DNA of 64,000 bases from Chthoniobacterales bacterium (GTDB lineage: Bacteria > Verrucomicrobiota > Verrucomicrobiia > Chthoniobacterales > UBA10450), in assembly GCA_035536995.1 (NCBI GenBank), contig DATLNB010000047.1, positions 1,047 through 65,046 on the forward strand, written 5' to 3'. Made by a program: the position numbers and the translations under genes. Positions 44,908-54,718 of this stretch are shown here, piece after piece (within the stretch, counting starts at the first letter, position 1; the number at the start of each line of letters is the position of its first letter). The notes under the pieces were generated by a model. That model was not told where the DNA came from, ran no database searches, and saw only the letters and a program-made list of their open reading frames with translations.

Positions 44908-45334
44908 GATGGCAGATGATCGCTGACGCGGCCCGCTTTGCGGGGCGCGTGAGAGGAAAGTCCGAACACCATACGGCGGCATGCCGCGGAAAACACGCGG
45001 GCGGCGTTCGCGCAAGCGGGCGCTGACGGAAAGTGTCACAGAAAAGACACCGCCGGTTCTTTGGCAACAAAGCACAGGTAAGGTTGAAAAGGCGAGGTAA
45101 GAGCTCACCGCTCGCGGAGCAATCCGCGGGGCAGGAAAAACCCCATGTGGTGCAAGACAAAACAGAGGGAGGCCAGCCGGGCCGTCGACCTCGGGTATAG
45201 TCGCATCACGGTGACCTGTAGCGGCGGTCTATGACCGCCGACGCAAGTCGCCGGGCGGTTCACGCAAGTGAGCTGAGATAAATGATCATCACGTCCCGCG
45301 TCTGCGGGACGACAGAATTCGGCTTATCGCCATC
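44908..45334 (+). ncRNA. rnpB: RNase P RNA, bacterial type A
   Basis: P4 halves GAGGAAAGTCCG and ACAGAATTCGGCTTA. Other conserved blocks: CACAGAAAAGACACCGCC, GGTAAGGTTGAAAAGGCGAGGTAAGAGCTCACCG, GGTGCAAGACAAAACAGAGGG. P1 pairing GATGGC (44908) with GCCATC (45329-45334). Ends are +/- a few nt. Confidence 0.9.
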
Positions 45335-45339
45335 AAAAT

Positions 45340-45371
45340 GAAGGGCGCTTTCGGAAACGAAGGCGCCCTTC
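45340..45371. terminator. Bidirectional terminator hairpin between rnpB and the convergent aminotransferase gene
   Basis: GAAGGGCGCTTTCG-GAAA-CGAAGGCGCCCTTC: a 14-bp stem (one G-U pair) with a GNRA tetraloop. Confidence 0.7.
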
Positions 45372-45382
45372 CGCTTGTGCGC

Positions 45383-46462
45383 CTACGAGCGTTCGAGGAC
45401 CTGGTCGAGGGAGTCGAGCAAACCTCCCACCGTCTCTTCAGTTTCGTCGCCCATATTGGAAAGGCGAAACGTCTGTCCTTTGATCTTGCCGTAGCCGGGA
45501 TCGATCACGAGATGGTGTTTCTCGCGCAGATCACGCGCGAGTTGCGGGACGTCGATGCCGCGGCTGTTTCGGACGCAGGTGAGGGTCTTTGAGCGGTAAC
45601 TGTCCTTCGCGAAGAACTCAAAGCCACGCTCGCGAACCCAATCATGGACGAGAGCGTTCGTTTTGGCGTGGCGATCGTAACGGCTCGCCAGACCTTCGCT
45701 GAAAATATCCTCGAGCTTGGATTCGAGCGCGTGGATGTGAGCAATGCTCGGGGTCGTGGGGGTCATGTCGTTTTCCTGGTTCTTTTTGAATTCGAGGAAG
45801 TCGAAGTAGTAACCGCGGTCTTTTTGTTGTTCCGCTCGCGCAAAAGCTTTTTCCGACACGGAAAAGAGAGAAAAGCCGGGCGGCAAGGCGAGGGCCTTTT
45901 GACTGCCGGTGAGGAGCACGTCGATCCCGAGCTCATCCATCGCGATGGGCACCGCGGAAAACGACGAAACACTGTCAACGATCAGGAGGACGTCGGAATA
46001 TTTGCGAACAACTTCGCAGATATCGCCCAGCGGATTCACCACCCCGGTCGAGGTCTCGTTGTGAATCAGGGTGACCGCGTCACAATCGCCGGTCGCGAGT
46101 TTTTGATCGAGCGCCGTCGGGTCGATATGTTGTCCCCACTCGACCTGGAGTGGCTCGGCGGCTTTTCCGCAGCGGCGGCTGACATCGAGCCATTTGTCGG
46201 AGAACGCGCCGCACATGCAGTTGAGGACGCGGCGGGAAACCAGATTGCGGATGGATGCTTCCATCACGCCCCAGGCAGATGAGCTGGAAAGCAAGACCGG
46301 CTGTTTGGTCCCGAACAGGGTCTGGAGACGAGGGAGGATTGCCCGATAAAGCTCACGGAAGGCTTCGCCGCGATGGCCGATCATCGGCCTACAAAAGGCG
46401 GCCCAGGTTTTGGGCGAAACTTCCACCGGACCGGGAATGAAGAGCTTGTCGTGCGAAGGCAT
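45383..46462 (-). CDS. Class V aminotransferase (serine-pyruvate / alanine-glyoxylate / phosphoserine aminotransferase-like)
   Basis: PGPVEV N-terminus, HNETSTG, PLP-lysine context TGSQKALALPPG. Confidence 0.8.
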   Translation of the reverse strand: MPSHDKLFIPGPVEVSPKTWAAFCRPMIGHRGEAFRELYRAILPRLQTLFGTKQPVLLSSSSAWGVMEASIRNLVSRRVLNCMCGAFSDKWLDVSRRCGKAAEPLQVEWGQHIDPTALDQKLATGDCDAVTLIHNETSTGVVNPLGDICEVVRKYSDVLLIVDSVSSFSAVPIAMDELGIDVLLTGSQKALALPPGFSLFSVSEKAFARAEQQKDRGYYFDFLEFKKNQENDMTPTTPSIAHIHALESKLEDIFSEGLASRYDRHAKTNALVHDWVRERGFEFFAKDSYRSKTLTCVRNSRGIDVPQLARDLREKHHLVIDPGYGKIKGQTFRLSNMGDETEETVGGLLDSLDQVLERS

Positions 46463-46524
46463 CGGGGCGAACCCTGCTCCGCATGCCTACGGCGGGCAAG
46501 CCTCGAACTCTCCGACGCTCCGCT

Positions 46525-47037
46525 CTACCTCTCTTTCTTGATGAAACTGATGTCGCCGCTTCGTTCGAGCCGGGCGATCTTTATCGCGGAAAGGTCTTCC
46601 GTTCTGGCGGTGAGGTGCAGGTCTTCATCGAAGTCGTGCTTCGAAACCAGCGTCTGCTTCATCTTCTCCCAGTCGATTTCGCCATTTCTGGCCAGGGTAA
46701 CCGGCTGCCCTTTGAGGAGCTTGCCGAACCAGTGCCATTTGTACGCCCCAAGGGCACAAGCCCGATGGATCAGCATGAGGACCACACTCGCGGCGATCGT
46801 ATTGAAAAATGGGGCGGGACCGTTAATGGCACGCGAAAGCATCGAGCCGATGAAGACGATGAAGATTGCGTCGAAAGCCGTTTTTTCTGCGAGCGAGCGC
46901 CGATCGCCAAGGCGTACGATAACCAGTGCGGCAAAGAAGATGACCAGGCCGCGCAGGGAAATCTGAAGAAGGGTTAATTCAGTCGCCTTGTTGTCCGGTC
47001 CGAAAATCGCGAGGAAAAATTCTTGGAGCGCGTTCAT
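46525..47037 (-). CDS. DUF421 (YetF-like) membrane protein
   Basis: N-terminal helices plus the RLGDRRSLAEKTAFD motif. Confidence 0.7.
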   Translation of the reverse strand: MNALQEFFLAIFGPDNKATELTLLQISLRGLVIFFAALVIVRLGDRRSLAEKTAFDAIFIVFIGSMLSRAINGPAPFFNTIAASVVLMLIHRACALGAYKWHWFGKLLKGQPVTLARNGEIDWEKMKQTLVSKHDFDEDLHLTARTEDLSAIKIARLERSGDISFIKKER

Positions 47038-47151
47038 GAAAATGCTTCGCCGGAAGGGACCGACATGCGCGTATCGTTCCGGAGGACGGGATAAATCCGG
47101 CGCTGCGGCGAGAAGCGTTTCGTCTGAAACCTAACGACTGAGGAGGAAAAA

Positions 47152-47400
47152 ATGCCACAAGGCGACAAGTCGAGTTACACGTCGAAACAGAAACGGAAAG
47201 CGGAGCACATCGAAGAAAGCTACGAGGAACGCGGAGTTTCGAAAAAGGAGGCCGAAAAACGGGCGTGGGCCACGGTTAACAAGTCGGACAAAGGGGGCAA
47301 GAAAAGCGGCTCAGGCCGGGGCAAGAAGAGCAGCAAGGCGCCTTCACGCAAAGGGGGAAAGAAAGGCGGCAAGAAATCCGGCGGGAAAAAGAAGCGCTAA
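47152..47400 (+). CDS. Small Lys/Gly-rich basic protein (stress-protein-like)
   Basis: Shine-Dalgarno GAGGAGG 7 nt upstream of the ATG. The conserved-looking core KQKRKAEHIEESYEERGVSKKEAEKRAWATVNK is followed by a KKGGK-type tail. Confidence 0.7.
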   Translation: MPQGDKSSYTSKQKRKAEHIEESYEERGVSKKEAEKRAWATVNKSDKGGKKSGSGRGKKSSKAPSRKGGKKGGKKSGGKKKR

Positions 47401-47446
47401 AGGCGCTTTAAGTTGAGGCAGCGAGCCGCCGCGTGTTTGCTTCTCC

Positions 47447-48055
47447 ATGCCCGCAAAGAATTCAGACCTCCACGGCAGCGCGCCGGACAAATCCGATGTT
47501 GCGCTGGTGCTGATCGACGTCATCAACGACCTCGATTTCCCGGAGGCGGGTCAACTGCTCCGATATGCGCGGCCGATGGCGCGGAAACTCGTCCGGCTGA
47601 AGAAGCGGGCGAAAGAGGCCGGAATTCCCGTCATCTACGTGAACGATAACTTCGGCCGCTGGCGCTCCGACTTTCGCCGGCAGGTCAGGCATTGTCTCGA
47701 AGAACAATCCCGCGGCCACGAAATGGTCGCGCTCCTTCAACCCGACGAAGACGACTATTTCGTCCTGAAGCCCAAGCACTCCGGCTTCTTTTCGACGACT
47801 CTCGATACTCTGCTCCGTTATCTCGGGTCGAAAAAACTCATTCTCACGGGGCTCGCCGGCAATTTCTGTGTCCTGTTCACCGCGAACGATGCCTACATGC
47901 GGGACTATGAGCTCATCATTCCCTCCGATTGCACGGCCTCAAATACCGCGGAGGAAAATCGCCAGGCTCTTGGCTTGATGAGAAAATTTCTGAAAGCCGA
48001 TACGCGTCCTTCGGCGAAACTGCGCCTGGCGCGGGCGCGAAAACGCGGGCGCTAA
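47447..48055 (+). CDS. Isochorismatase-family cysteine hydrolase
   Basis: ALVLIDVINDL (Asp), K in VLKPKHSGF, catalytic Cys in LTGLAGNFCVLFTANDA. Confidence 0.85.
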   Translation: MPAKNSDLHGSAPDKSDVALVLIDVINDLDFPEAGQLLRYARPMARKLVRLKKRAKEAGIPVIYVNDNFGRWRSDFRRQVRHCLEEQSRGHEMVALLQPDEDDYFVLKPKHSGFFSTTLDTLLRYLGSKKLILTGLAGNFCVLFTANDAYMRDYELIIPSDCTASNTAEENRQALGLMRKFLKADTRPSAKLRLARARKRGR

Positions 48056-48273
48056 CCGGACTTACCGCGTCCCGTTTTCGCCTGAAGCTCGTCGATCCGC
48101 TTTGAGGCCGCGGCCTTCGTCAGGGAATCGTCAAACTCTTCCTTGGCCTCACGGCAGAGAGTTTGGAGGTAGGAACGCTGCGGGCCAGTCATCGGCTCAT
48201 CGCCGGTCGTCCATTCTTCCGGGTCTTTCTCCGGGTTTTGGGAGGGAGGGGTTTGGTCTTGCTCGGCCATCAA
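48052..48273 (-). CDS. DUF3072 family protein
   Basis: PMTGPQRSYLQTLCREA...FDDSLTKAAASKRIDELQ matches the DUF3072 pattern as remembered. Its 3' end overlaps the isochorismatase gene end by 4 nt. Confidence 0.7.
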   Translation of the reverse strand: MMAEQDQTPPSQNPEKDPEEWTTGDEPMTGPQRSYLQTLCREAKEEFDDSLTKAAASKRIDELQAKTGRGKSG

Positions 48274-48398
48274 GGGAAAATCGCAGGAGATGGCTGCCGC
48301 GGACTTACCGGCTTGCGCTTGCGCCGGAAACTATCGCGTGGCATAGACCAAGCCTCCCGCGCCTCCGGAGGGTTAGGACCGGGGCCTTTTCGCCGATT

Positions 48399-49142
48399 AT
48401 GCCGATTGATACGACCACTGATGCCGTCCTGGAACGGGAAGTTTTTTGGGAACGTCATAAGACGGAAGTGATGATCGCGCTCGTCGCGATCCTTCTCGCG
48501 GCCGCGGCCTTTGGAGGTTATCGGCTTTATAGCGAACGACGCGCGAGCACTGCCGGGAACCTGCTGGCTGCGGCGAAGACGTCCGCCCAGTTCCAAAAGG
48601 TCATCGCGGATTACCCCAGTACCCCAGCCGGCGCGTCCGCGTATCTCCTTCTCGCCGACGCCCAACGAAGCGAGCAGAAATACAGCGAAGCAAACGCGAC
48701 CCTTGAGACTTTCCTGCGCAAATTTCCTAAACACGAATTAGCCGGAACTGCGCGGCTCGGGATTGCGGGAAACCTCGAGGCGCTCGGACAGAAAGACGAG
48801 GCGCTCGCTGCCTACCAAAAGCTGGCCGCGAGTGAGCCGAAAGCGTTCGCCGCGCCGGTCGCGATGTACTCGCAGATTCACCTGCTTAAGGAAAAGAATC
48901 AGATCGCCGAGGCGCGCCGGATTTGCGAGACGATCATCACGCAGTATCGCGAAAGCCGTTTCGCTCCGGAGGCGACCTATCTGCTGAGAACGTTGAAGTT
49001 GCCAGCTCAACCGGCTGTATCTCCGTCACCGAGCGGGGCGCCCCCGAGTGCGCCTCCGCCATCGCAGACAGCGGCTCCGTCAGCAGCTGCTCCCCCGGCT
49101 CCGAACGCGCCAGCCCCCTCGGGCCCTCCGAAAAAGCCGTAA
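48399..49142 (+). CDS. Membrane-anchored TPR-like protein (YfgM/YbgF-like) with Pro/Ala-rich tail
   Basis: Start trimmed to the ATG at 48399 (MPIDTTTDAVLEREVFWERHK), followed by a TM segment (VMIALVAILLAAAAFGGY). The longer listed ORF overlaps the DUF3072 gene on the other strand. Confidence 0.65.
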   Translation: MPIDTTTDAVLEREVFWERHKTEVMIALVAILLAAAAFGGYRLYSERRASTAGNLLAAAKTSAQFQKVIADYPSTPAGASAYLLLADAQRSEQKYSEANATLETFLRKFPKHELAGTARLGIAGNLEALGQKDEALAAYQKLAASEPKAFAAPVAMYSQIHLLKEKNQIAEARRICETIITQYRESRFAPEATYLLRTLKLPAQPAVSPSPSGAPPSAPPPSQTAAPSAAAPPAPNAPAPSGPPKKP

Positions 49143-49212
49143 CCGCGGATAGCGGATTAGCTGCTCGACAGATGACTGTCGCCCTGACCGGGGACTCCGA
49201 GCGTGAGCCGGC

Positions 49213-49608
49213 TTAGCGCTTCGAGAACTGGAAGCGCTTCCGCGCTCCGGGCTGTCCCGATTTCTTGCGCTCTTTCATCCGGGGATCGCGGCGAAGGAGG
49301 CCCTCGGCCTTGAGCGTGCCGCGGAGATTTGCATCGACCAGCAAGAGCGCCCGGGAAATCGCCAGACGCGCTGCCCCGGCCTGGCCAGTCGCGCCGCCGC
49401 CGGTTGTGTTGATCGAAAGATCGTAAGAGTTCGCAAGTTTTACCACCTGAAGCGGCTGTAAGACTGTGTTTTGAAGGGGGATGGTCGGGAAATAATCCTC
49501 AAAACTTTTGCCGTTAACGTCGATCTTGCCGTTGCCCGGCATCATTCGGATACGGGCGACGGAGGTCTTGCGGCGACCGGTAGCAATAAATTCCTGCGTT
49601 TCAGCCAT
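49213..49608 (-). CDS. rpsI: 30S ribosomal protein S9
   Basis: GRRKTSVARIRM ... GGGATGQAGAARLAISRAL ... LLRRDPRMKERKK..QPGARKRFQFSKR. Confidence 0.97.
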   Translation of the reverse strand: MAETQEFIATGRRKTSVARIRMMPGNGKIDVNGKSFEDYFPTIPLQNTVLQPLQVVKLANSYDLSINTTGGGATGQAGAARLAISRALLLVDANLRGTLKAEGLLRRDPRMKERKKSGQPGARKRFQFSKR

Positions 49609-49616
49609 GGGAAATC

Positions 49617-50045
49617 CTAGAATGAGACCGCGGTGGGTTGCTGCGCGGTGTGCGGGTGCAGATCGCCGCGGTAAACCTTGAGCTTGCGGTAAACCGATCG
49701 GCCGAGCTTGGTGTGCGGGATCATTCCCCGGATGGCGCGCTCCACGAGCAATTCGGGATGACGAACACGGCGGGCCTTTACGTTCTCGGTTTTATGTCCG
49801 CCCACGTAACCGGAGAAGCTCATGAACGATTTCTGATCCTCTTTCTTTCCGGTCAATCGGACCTTCTCGGCGTTGATCACGACAACGAAATCGCCGGTAT
49901 CCACATGCGGGGTAAAAATCGCTTTTTCTTTTCCGCGCAACAGGTTGGCGGCTTTAACGGCGACCTGGCCGAGGACCTGGTTCCTGGCGTCGATGATCCA
50001 CCACTTGCGTGGGACTTCGGTAGCTTTTGCGGAAAACGTCTTCAT
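49617..50045 (-). CDS. rplM: 50S ribosomal protein L13
   Basis: MKTFSAKATEVPRKWWIIDA..QVLG..A...A..LRGK.K..FTPHVDTGD.VVVINAEK. Start trimmed to the ATG at 50043-50045 (142 aa). Confidence 0.95.
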   Translation of the reverse strand: MKTFSAKATEVPRKWWIIDARNQVLGQVAVKAANLLRGKEKAIFTPHVDTGDFVVVINAEKVRLTGKKEDQKSFMSFSGYVGGHKTENVKARRVRHPELLVERAIRGMIPHTKLGRSVYRKLKVYRGDLHPHTAQQPTAVSF

Positions 50046-50187
50046 CGGGAGCGGAAGGGCACGGAAAGTATGGGTGAACCGGTGGGGTGTCAACAGGATG
50101 TTGGGATGGGGACAGATCCGTTGAAAGCCGGTCCGCGGAATTGCCGGGGGCGGCCGGGTGGCACCGGGCGTGCTTATAATTTCTATA

Positions 50188-50853
50188 ATGCGCGCCTCTG
50201 TCATTTCCACTCTGATTGTTTCTTTTGTCGCCGGCTCGACCCTCCTCGGTTCCGACCAAAAACAAGCGGATGAACCTTCGGGCCGCGCGGTAATCCGTGA
50301 AATGAATTTGGCCCGGCAAAACCCGGCGGCTTACGCAACTTATCTCCAGGAATCGCGCAGCCGGATTAGCGGCAACGTCCTCGTTCTTCCTGGCGGCACC
50401 CGATACCGGACGAAAGAAGGCACCCGGGCTATAGATGAAGCGATCCGATTCCTTCAGACCGCCCAACCGTTGCCGGCATTGACTTTGTCTCCTGGGATGA
50501 GCCGGGCTGCGGCGGACCACTGCGCGGATCAGGCTGGCGGCGGTTTCGGCCACGCGGGCCGGGACGGCAGCCACGCCGACACGCGTATCTCGCGCTATGG
50601 CACCTTATTGGGTGGCTGGGCCGAGAATGTTTCCTACGGCAAATCGTCCGCACGCGACGTCGTCCTGGCGCTCATAATCGACGACGGCCTGCCGGGCCGG
50701 AAACATCGGAAGAACATTTTCAATCCGAATTACAATTTCGCCGGAGCCGCTTTTGGTCGCCATGCCCGATTCGGAACCATGTGCAGCATGGATTTCGCGG
50801 GTGGATATGCCGAGCGCGGCGCGACGGATACGTTGGTCGCTCGGAACTTTTAA
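50188..50853 (+). CDS. Secreted CAP/SCP (PR-1-like, YkwD-like) domain protein
   Basis: Signal peptide (MRASVISTLIVSFVAGSTLLG); EMNLARQNP and GRKHRKNIFNPNYNFAGAAFG motifs. Confidence 0.75.
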   Translation: MRASVISTLIVSFVAGSTLLGSDQKQADEPSGRAVIREMNLARQNPAAYATYLQESRSRISGNVLVLPGGTRYRTKEGTRAIDEAIRFLQTAQPLPALTLSPGMSRAAADHCADQAGGGFGHAGRDGSHADTRISRYGTLLGGWAENVSYGKSSARDVVLALIIDDGLPGRKHRKNIFNPNYNFAGAAFGRHARFGTMCSMDFAGGYAERGATDTLVARNF

Positions 50854-50885
50854 CTCCTTGCCGCGCGCGCGGCGCTGTCTGTTCT

Positions 50886-51266
50886 TTAGCGGTGATCGCC
50901 TCGTTCCGCGCGCAGTTTGTCCAAGATCGGCTGGATAGAAGGATCAGCCCTCAATAGCGCGGGCCGCATGATCTCGCGGAACTCTCGCCGGGCCTGGCGC
51001 AACCGTTCGCGGGCGGCCTGCACGGCCGGATCTTCCATCGCTTTGTGATGCGCAGCCCGAAGCCGGCTTCGTTCGTCTTCCGATAAGTTCGCCCACCGCG
51101 CCCGGCGCTCGTTACGAAAGGGCCGGTCGGGTCGGTCTGGCGGCTGCGCCAGGGCCAGGGGCGAAACGGTCAGCAACGCGGTTAGCACAAGGGTGAGGCG
51201 GTAAGCGATGTTCGCTTTTGTCCCTTTCAGTTCGAAGCTGGACCGGGGCGGAAGTTGCATGGGCAT
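50886..51266 (-). CDS. Secreted Arg-rich helical protein (possibly Spy/CpxP-like)
   Basis: Signal-like LTLVLTALLTVSPLALA followed by charged helices (LSEDERSRLRAAHHKAMEDPAVQAARERLRQARREF). The start is uncertain; it was trimmed so as not to overlap proS. Confidence 0.5.
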   Translation of the reverse strand: MPMQLPPRSSFELKGTKANIAYRLTLVLTALLTVSPLALAQPPDRPDRPFRNERRARWANLSEDERSRLRAAHHKAMEDPAVQAARERLRQARREFREIMRPALLRADPSIQPILDKLRAERGDHR

Positions 51267-51321
51267 ATGGAAATGGTCGCTGGTCATTTCATTTCGCCAA
51301 GCGTAATTTTCCCGCTTTCTC

Positions 51322-52866
51322 ATGGCCCAACCATCGAACGCTTCGAACAAAACCGCGATCACTCCGCGGCGCGACGAGGATTTTCCGGAATGGTATCAAC
51401 AGGTGATCCGCGCCGCGGCCATGGCCGAACCTTCGGATGTTCGCGGGTGCATGGTGATTCGCCCATGGGGCTACGGAATCTGGGAAAACATGCAGCGCCA
51501 GCTCGACGCGATGTTTCGCGCGACCGGCCATCGGAACGCATACTTCCCCCTCTTCATTCCGCTCAGTTACATGGCGAAAGAGGCGGAGCACGTCGAGGGA
51601 TTCGCGAAGGAATGTGCGGTAGTCACTCATAGCCGTCTCGAGGCAGATGCCGATGGCAACCTCGTTCCTGCGAGCCCGCTGACCGAGCCGCTGGTCGTAA
51701 GGCCGACCTCGGAAACAATCATCGGCGCGACTTACGCGAAGTGGGTCCAGAGTTATCGCGACCTGCCGATCCTGATCAACCAGTGGTGCAACGTCGTCCG
51801 CTGGGAAATGCGTCCGCGGATTTTCCTGCGGACAACCGAGTTCCTCTGGCAGGAAGGCCACACCGTCCACGAAAGCGAAGAAGAGGCGCGCGCCGAGACG
51901 AAGCAAATGCTCGATGTTTACGAAACTTTCGTGCGCGATCATCTGGCGGTCCCGGTATTCAGTGGCGAGAAATCAGAGAGCGAGCGTTTCCCGGGGGCGG
52001 TTCAAACCCTGTGCATCGAAGCGATGGTGCAGGATCGGAAAGCGATCCAGGCCGGGACGTCCCATTTCCTCGGCCAGAATTTTGCCCGGGCCAGCGGGAT
52101 TCAATTTCAGAGCCGGTCCGGGACGCAAGAGCATGCCTGGACCACAAGCTGGGGAATGAGCACCCGGTTGATCGGCACCGTCATCATGGCCCACGCCGAC
52201 GATGACGGCCTCGTCTTGCCTCCGCGAATCGCGCCCACTCATGTGGTGATTCTGCCAATCACGCCAAAAGAAGACACTCGGGCGCGGGTCCTGGAGGCGG
52301 CGGACAATCTCGCCGCGGAGCTACGTGCCCAGACGTTTTATGGAGCCCCGCTTGAGGTCGAAGTCGATCGCCGCGAGATCGGCGGCGGACAAAAGGCGTG
52401 GGAATGGGTGAAGAAAGGCGTGCCTCTGCGACTGGAAATCGGTCCCCGCGATTTGGAAGCCGGAACGGTTGCAGTCAGCCGCCGCGATCAACCGGTGAAA
52501 ACGAAAGAGGCGATCCCTGCCACGGAGCTCGCTGGCCGGGTGGTCGATACATTGAAGGCGGTGCAGCAGGCTCTGTTCGATCGCGCGAAACAATTCCGCG
52601 ATGCGCATACCCGGGAGATCAATTCGAAGGAGGAATTTTACGCATTCTTCACCCCGAAAGATTCCGGGAGACCCGAAATCCATGGCGGCTTCGCGCTCGC
52701 GCATTGGGACGGTTCGCGCGAGGTCGAAGAGAAGATCAAAAACGAGCTGAAGGTAACGATCCGGTGTATTCCGCTCGACGATCCTTCCAATCCGCCCCAG
52801 GCAGGGACCTGCCCTTTCACCGGGAACCCAAGCCCGCGGCGCGTCATCTGGGCGAAAGCTTATTAG
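51322..52866 (+). CDS. proS: Proline--tRNA ligase (archaeal/eukaryote-like class II type)
   Basis: ITPRRDEDFPEWYQQVI N-terminus; class II motifs (FRDE-like WEMRPRIFLRTTEFLWQEGHT, QAGTSHFLGQNF); C-terminal zinc-binding-type tail ending WAKAY. Confidence 0.95.
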   Translation: MAQPSNASNKTAITPRRDEDFPEWYQQVIRAAAMAEPSDVRGCMVIRPWGYGIWENMQRQLDAMFRATGHRNAYFPLFIPLSYMAKEAEHVEGFAKECAVVTHSRLEADADGNLVPASPLTEPLVVRPTSETIIGATYAKWVQSYRDLPILINQWCNVVRWEMRPRIFLRTTEFLWQEGHTVHESEEEARAETKQMLDVYETFVRDHLAVPVFSGEKSESERFPGAVQTLCIEAMVQDRKAIQAGTSHFLGQNFARASGIQFQSRSGTQEHAWTTSWGMSTRLIGTVIMAHADDDGLVLPPRIAPTHVVILPITPKEDTRARVLEAADNLAAELRAQTFYGAPLEVEVDRREIGGGQKAWEWVKKGVPLRLEIGPRDLEAGTVAVSRRDQPVKTKEAIPATELAGRVVDTLKAVQQALFDRAKQFRDAHTREINSKEEFYAFFTPKDSGRPEIHGGFALAHWDGSREVEEKIKNELKVTIRCIPLDDPSNPPQAGTCPFTGNPSPRRVIWAKAY

Positions 52867-53025
52867 GAGGGTTGGCGGCGCGCCACGCTGCGACCCGCCG
52901 GCGTCTGCCCCAGAGTAACGGTAATTCGCGACGCCGCGTAACCGCAGTTTTAGCAGACTCGAATATCGGCGGATCCGCCAGGATGCACGGTTGACGCGGA
53001 GAAAGGGTAGGTTTTATTCCGATGC

Positions 53026-53277
53026 GTGGCGACCGACCTTACTCTTTACAGCCGGGCCTGGTGCTCATGGTGCATCGACGCGAAGGAATATCTGACTGAG
53101 CGCGGGTTTCAGTTCACCGAAATCGACGTCGGCAAAGACCGTGAGGCCTACGACGAAATGCGGGAGCTTTCCGAGCAGACTTACGTTCCGACCCTCGTCG
53201 CCGGCGATGAGATCCTGGCAAATTTTGACACCGACCAGCTGGAAGCGTTTCTGAACAAGCACGGAATCGAGCCTTAA
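53026..53277 (+). CDS. Glutaredoxin-family small redox protein
   Basis: LYSRAWCSWCIDAKEYL (CxxC), TYVPTLV, about 83 aa. GTG start. Confidence 0.8.
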   Translation: MATDLTLYSRAWCSWCIDAKEYLTERGFQFTEIDVGKDREAYDEMRELSEQTYVPTLVAGDEILANFDTDQLEAFLNKHGIEP

Positions 53278-54092
53278 TGCTGTTTGGCCTTTTTCTTACG
53301 CTGGGCGTTGCTGTGCTCAGCGTCGCATTGCGGAGCTTCCAGACCTCATTCGCCCAAAAGACCGGCGCAGTCGGGATCCTCGTTTCCACTTTTCTCGCGG
53401 TTTACTTTGTTTCCGGTAGTTGGGTGGCGGGCCTAGCGGGAGCGCTCGCCTGGTTTTTTCTTCCCTGGCTCGAGATCCTCACCCGGATCCGGGCGCTCCG
53501 TTTGCCAAAAGAAAAGGCGCTCCGTCCGAAGAGCCCGCCCTCAGCGGAAGTCTTCCCCACACTCGACGAGATCAGCGCGGAGATTCACAACGAAGGTTTC
53601 ACCCACATCAACGACGCCGGCTGGGACTGGGAAGATTACCGGCAATTCTTCCGGCTTTTCTACAAGGAGGAAGACCGGGCCCAGGCCACGATCTGCCTGA
53701 ACGAGCAGAACGACCTTTCGTTTTATTACCTGCGCATTTCTTCCCGCGCCCAGGACGGCACGATCTGGACGACGTGGAATTACCCGCTTTCCTACGGGTT
53801 GAAGCTGACCCCGCAATTCCGGATCAATCGCCAGCGTCCAGATCAATCATTCTGGCAGCTTTACCAAAGCCACAAAGAGTTCCTCCGGCAAAACCAGGTG
53901 GAGACGAGCGTGATCGATCCCCTGGACGAAGACCGCATCCAGCTCGAGGTCGAGAACGACTTGCGCGACCAAATCGCGCACAACATCAAGAAAGGTGTGT
54001 TGAAGCCGACTCCGGAAGGGGAGGTGAAGTATTCCTGGCGGGGAATGGTTTATCTGTGGTGCCAGTTTCTGCTCGATCTGGTGAGGCTTTAA
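53277..54092 (+). CDS. Hypothetical membrane protein
   Basis: Three N-terminal hydrophobic helices, then a soluble domain. The start ATG overlaps the glutaredoxin stop (TAATG). No family recognised. Confidence 0.6.
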   Translation: MLFGLFLTLGVAVLSVALRSFQTSFAQKTGAVGILVSTFLAVYFVSGSWVAGLAGALAWFFLPWLEILTRIRALRLPKEKALRPKSPPSAEVFPTLDEISAEIHNEGFTHINDAGWDWEDYRQFFRLFYKEEDRAQATICLNEQNDLSFYYLRISSRAQDGTIWTTWNYPLSYGLKLTPQFRINRQRPDQSFWQLYQSHKEFLRQNQVETSVIDPLDEDRIQLEVENDLRDQIAHNIKKGVLKPTPEGEVKYSWRGMVYLWCQFLLDLVRL

Positions 54093-54154
54093 GTGGCGGA
54101 GCTGTCGGCGCGCTGCGCCAGCCTCGGGATGACACGCATTCCGAAAGCGCCGCG

Positions 54155-54715
54155 CTACACTTTCATCACTTCGGCCTCTTTGCGCTCGAAGTGATCGTCG
54201 ACCGATTTCACGAAACGGTCGGTCAGCTTCTGCACGTCGGCTTCGATGTCGTGCAATCCGTCTTCAGTCAATTCACCGGACGCCTTCAGCTTCTTCGCTT
54301 CGTCGAGGGCCGTACGGCGATTCGCTCGGACCCGGACCCGCGCTTCCTCTGCCATCTGACGCAACGATTTCACGAGGTCCTTTCGCCGTTCTTCAGACAG
54401 TTCCGGAATCGGCAGCCGAATGATTTTCCCGTCAACCAGCGGCGTGATGCCGATCTTGGAATCCTTAAGCGCCTTCTCGATATCGCGGACGGTGGCGGCA
54501 TCGAACGGCTGGACTACGAGCAGTCGCGGCTCGGGCGTCGTGATCAACGCCAGCTGCTTCAGTTTCATGGCCGAGCCGTATGCTTCGACATCGACGTTTT
54601 CGACCAGCGCGGGCGAGGCTTTGCCGGTGCGAACAGACGAAAACTCGTGGACCATGTAGTCCACGCTTTTCTCCATTGTCATCTCCGCTTCGAACAAAAT
54701 TTCTTCGGCGCTCAT
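54155..54715 (-). CDS. frr: Ribosome recycling factor
   Basis: FSSVRTGKASPALVENV.V..YGS...L.QLA.I...EPR.L.VQPFD ... IRLPIPELSEERRK.LVK. Confidence 0.97.
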   Translation of the reverse strand: MSAEEILFEAEMTMEKSVDYMVHEFSSVRTGKASPALVENVDVEAYGSAMKLKQLALITTPEPRLLVVQPFDAATVRDIEKALKDSKIGITPLVDGKIIRLPIPELSEERRKDLVKSLRQMAEEARVRVRANRRTALDEAKKLKASGELTEDGLHDIEADVQKLTDRFVKSVDDHFERKEAEVMKV

Positions 54716-54718
54716 CTA

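Noticed and set aside
48102-48398. Upstream 99-aa extension of ORF 48102-49142
   Set aside because: It overlaps the well-supported DUF3072 gene on the opposite strand and is Arg/Pro/Gly-rich. The TM-anchored TPR-like protein begins plausibly at the ATG at 48399.
51289-51942. 217-aa minus-strand ORF
   Set aside because: It is antisense to proS, whose identity is unambiguous.
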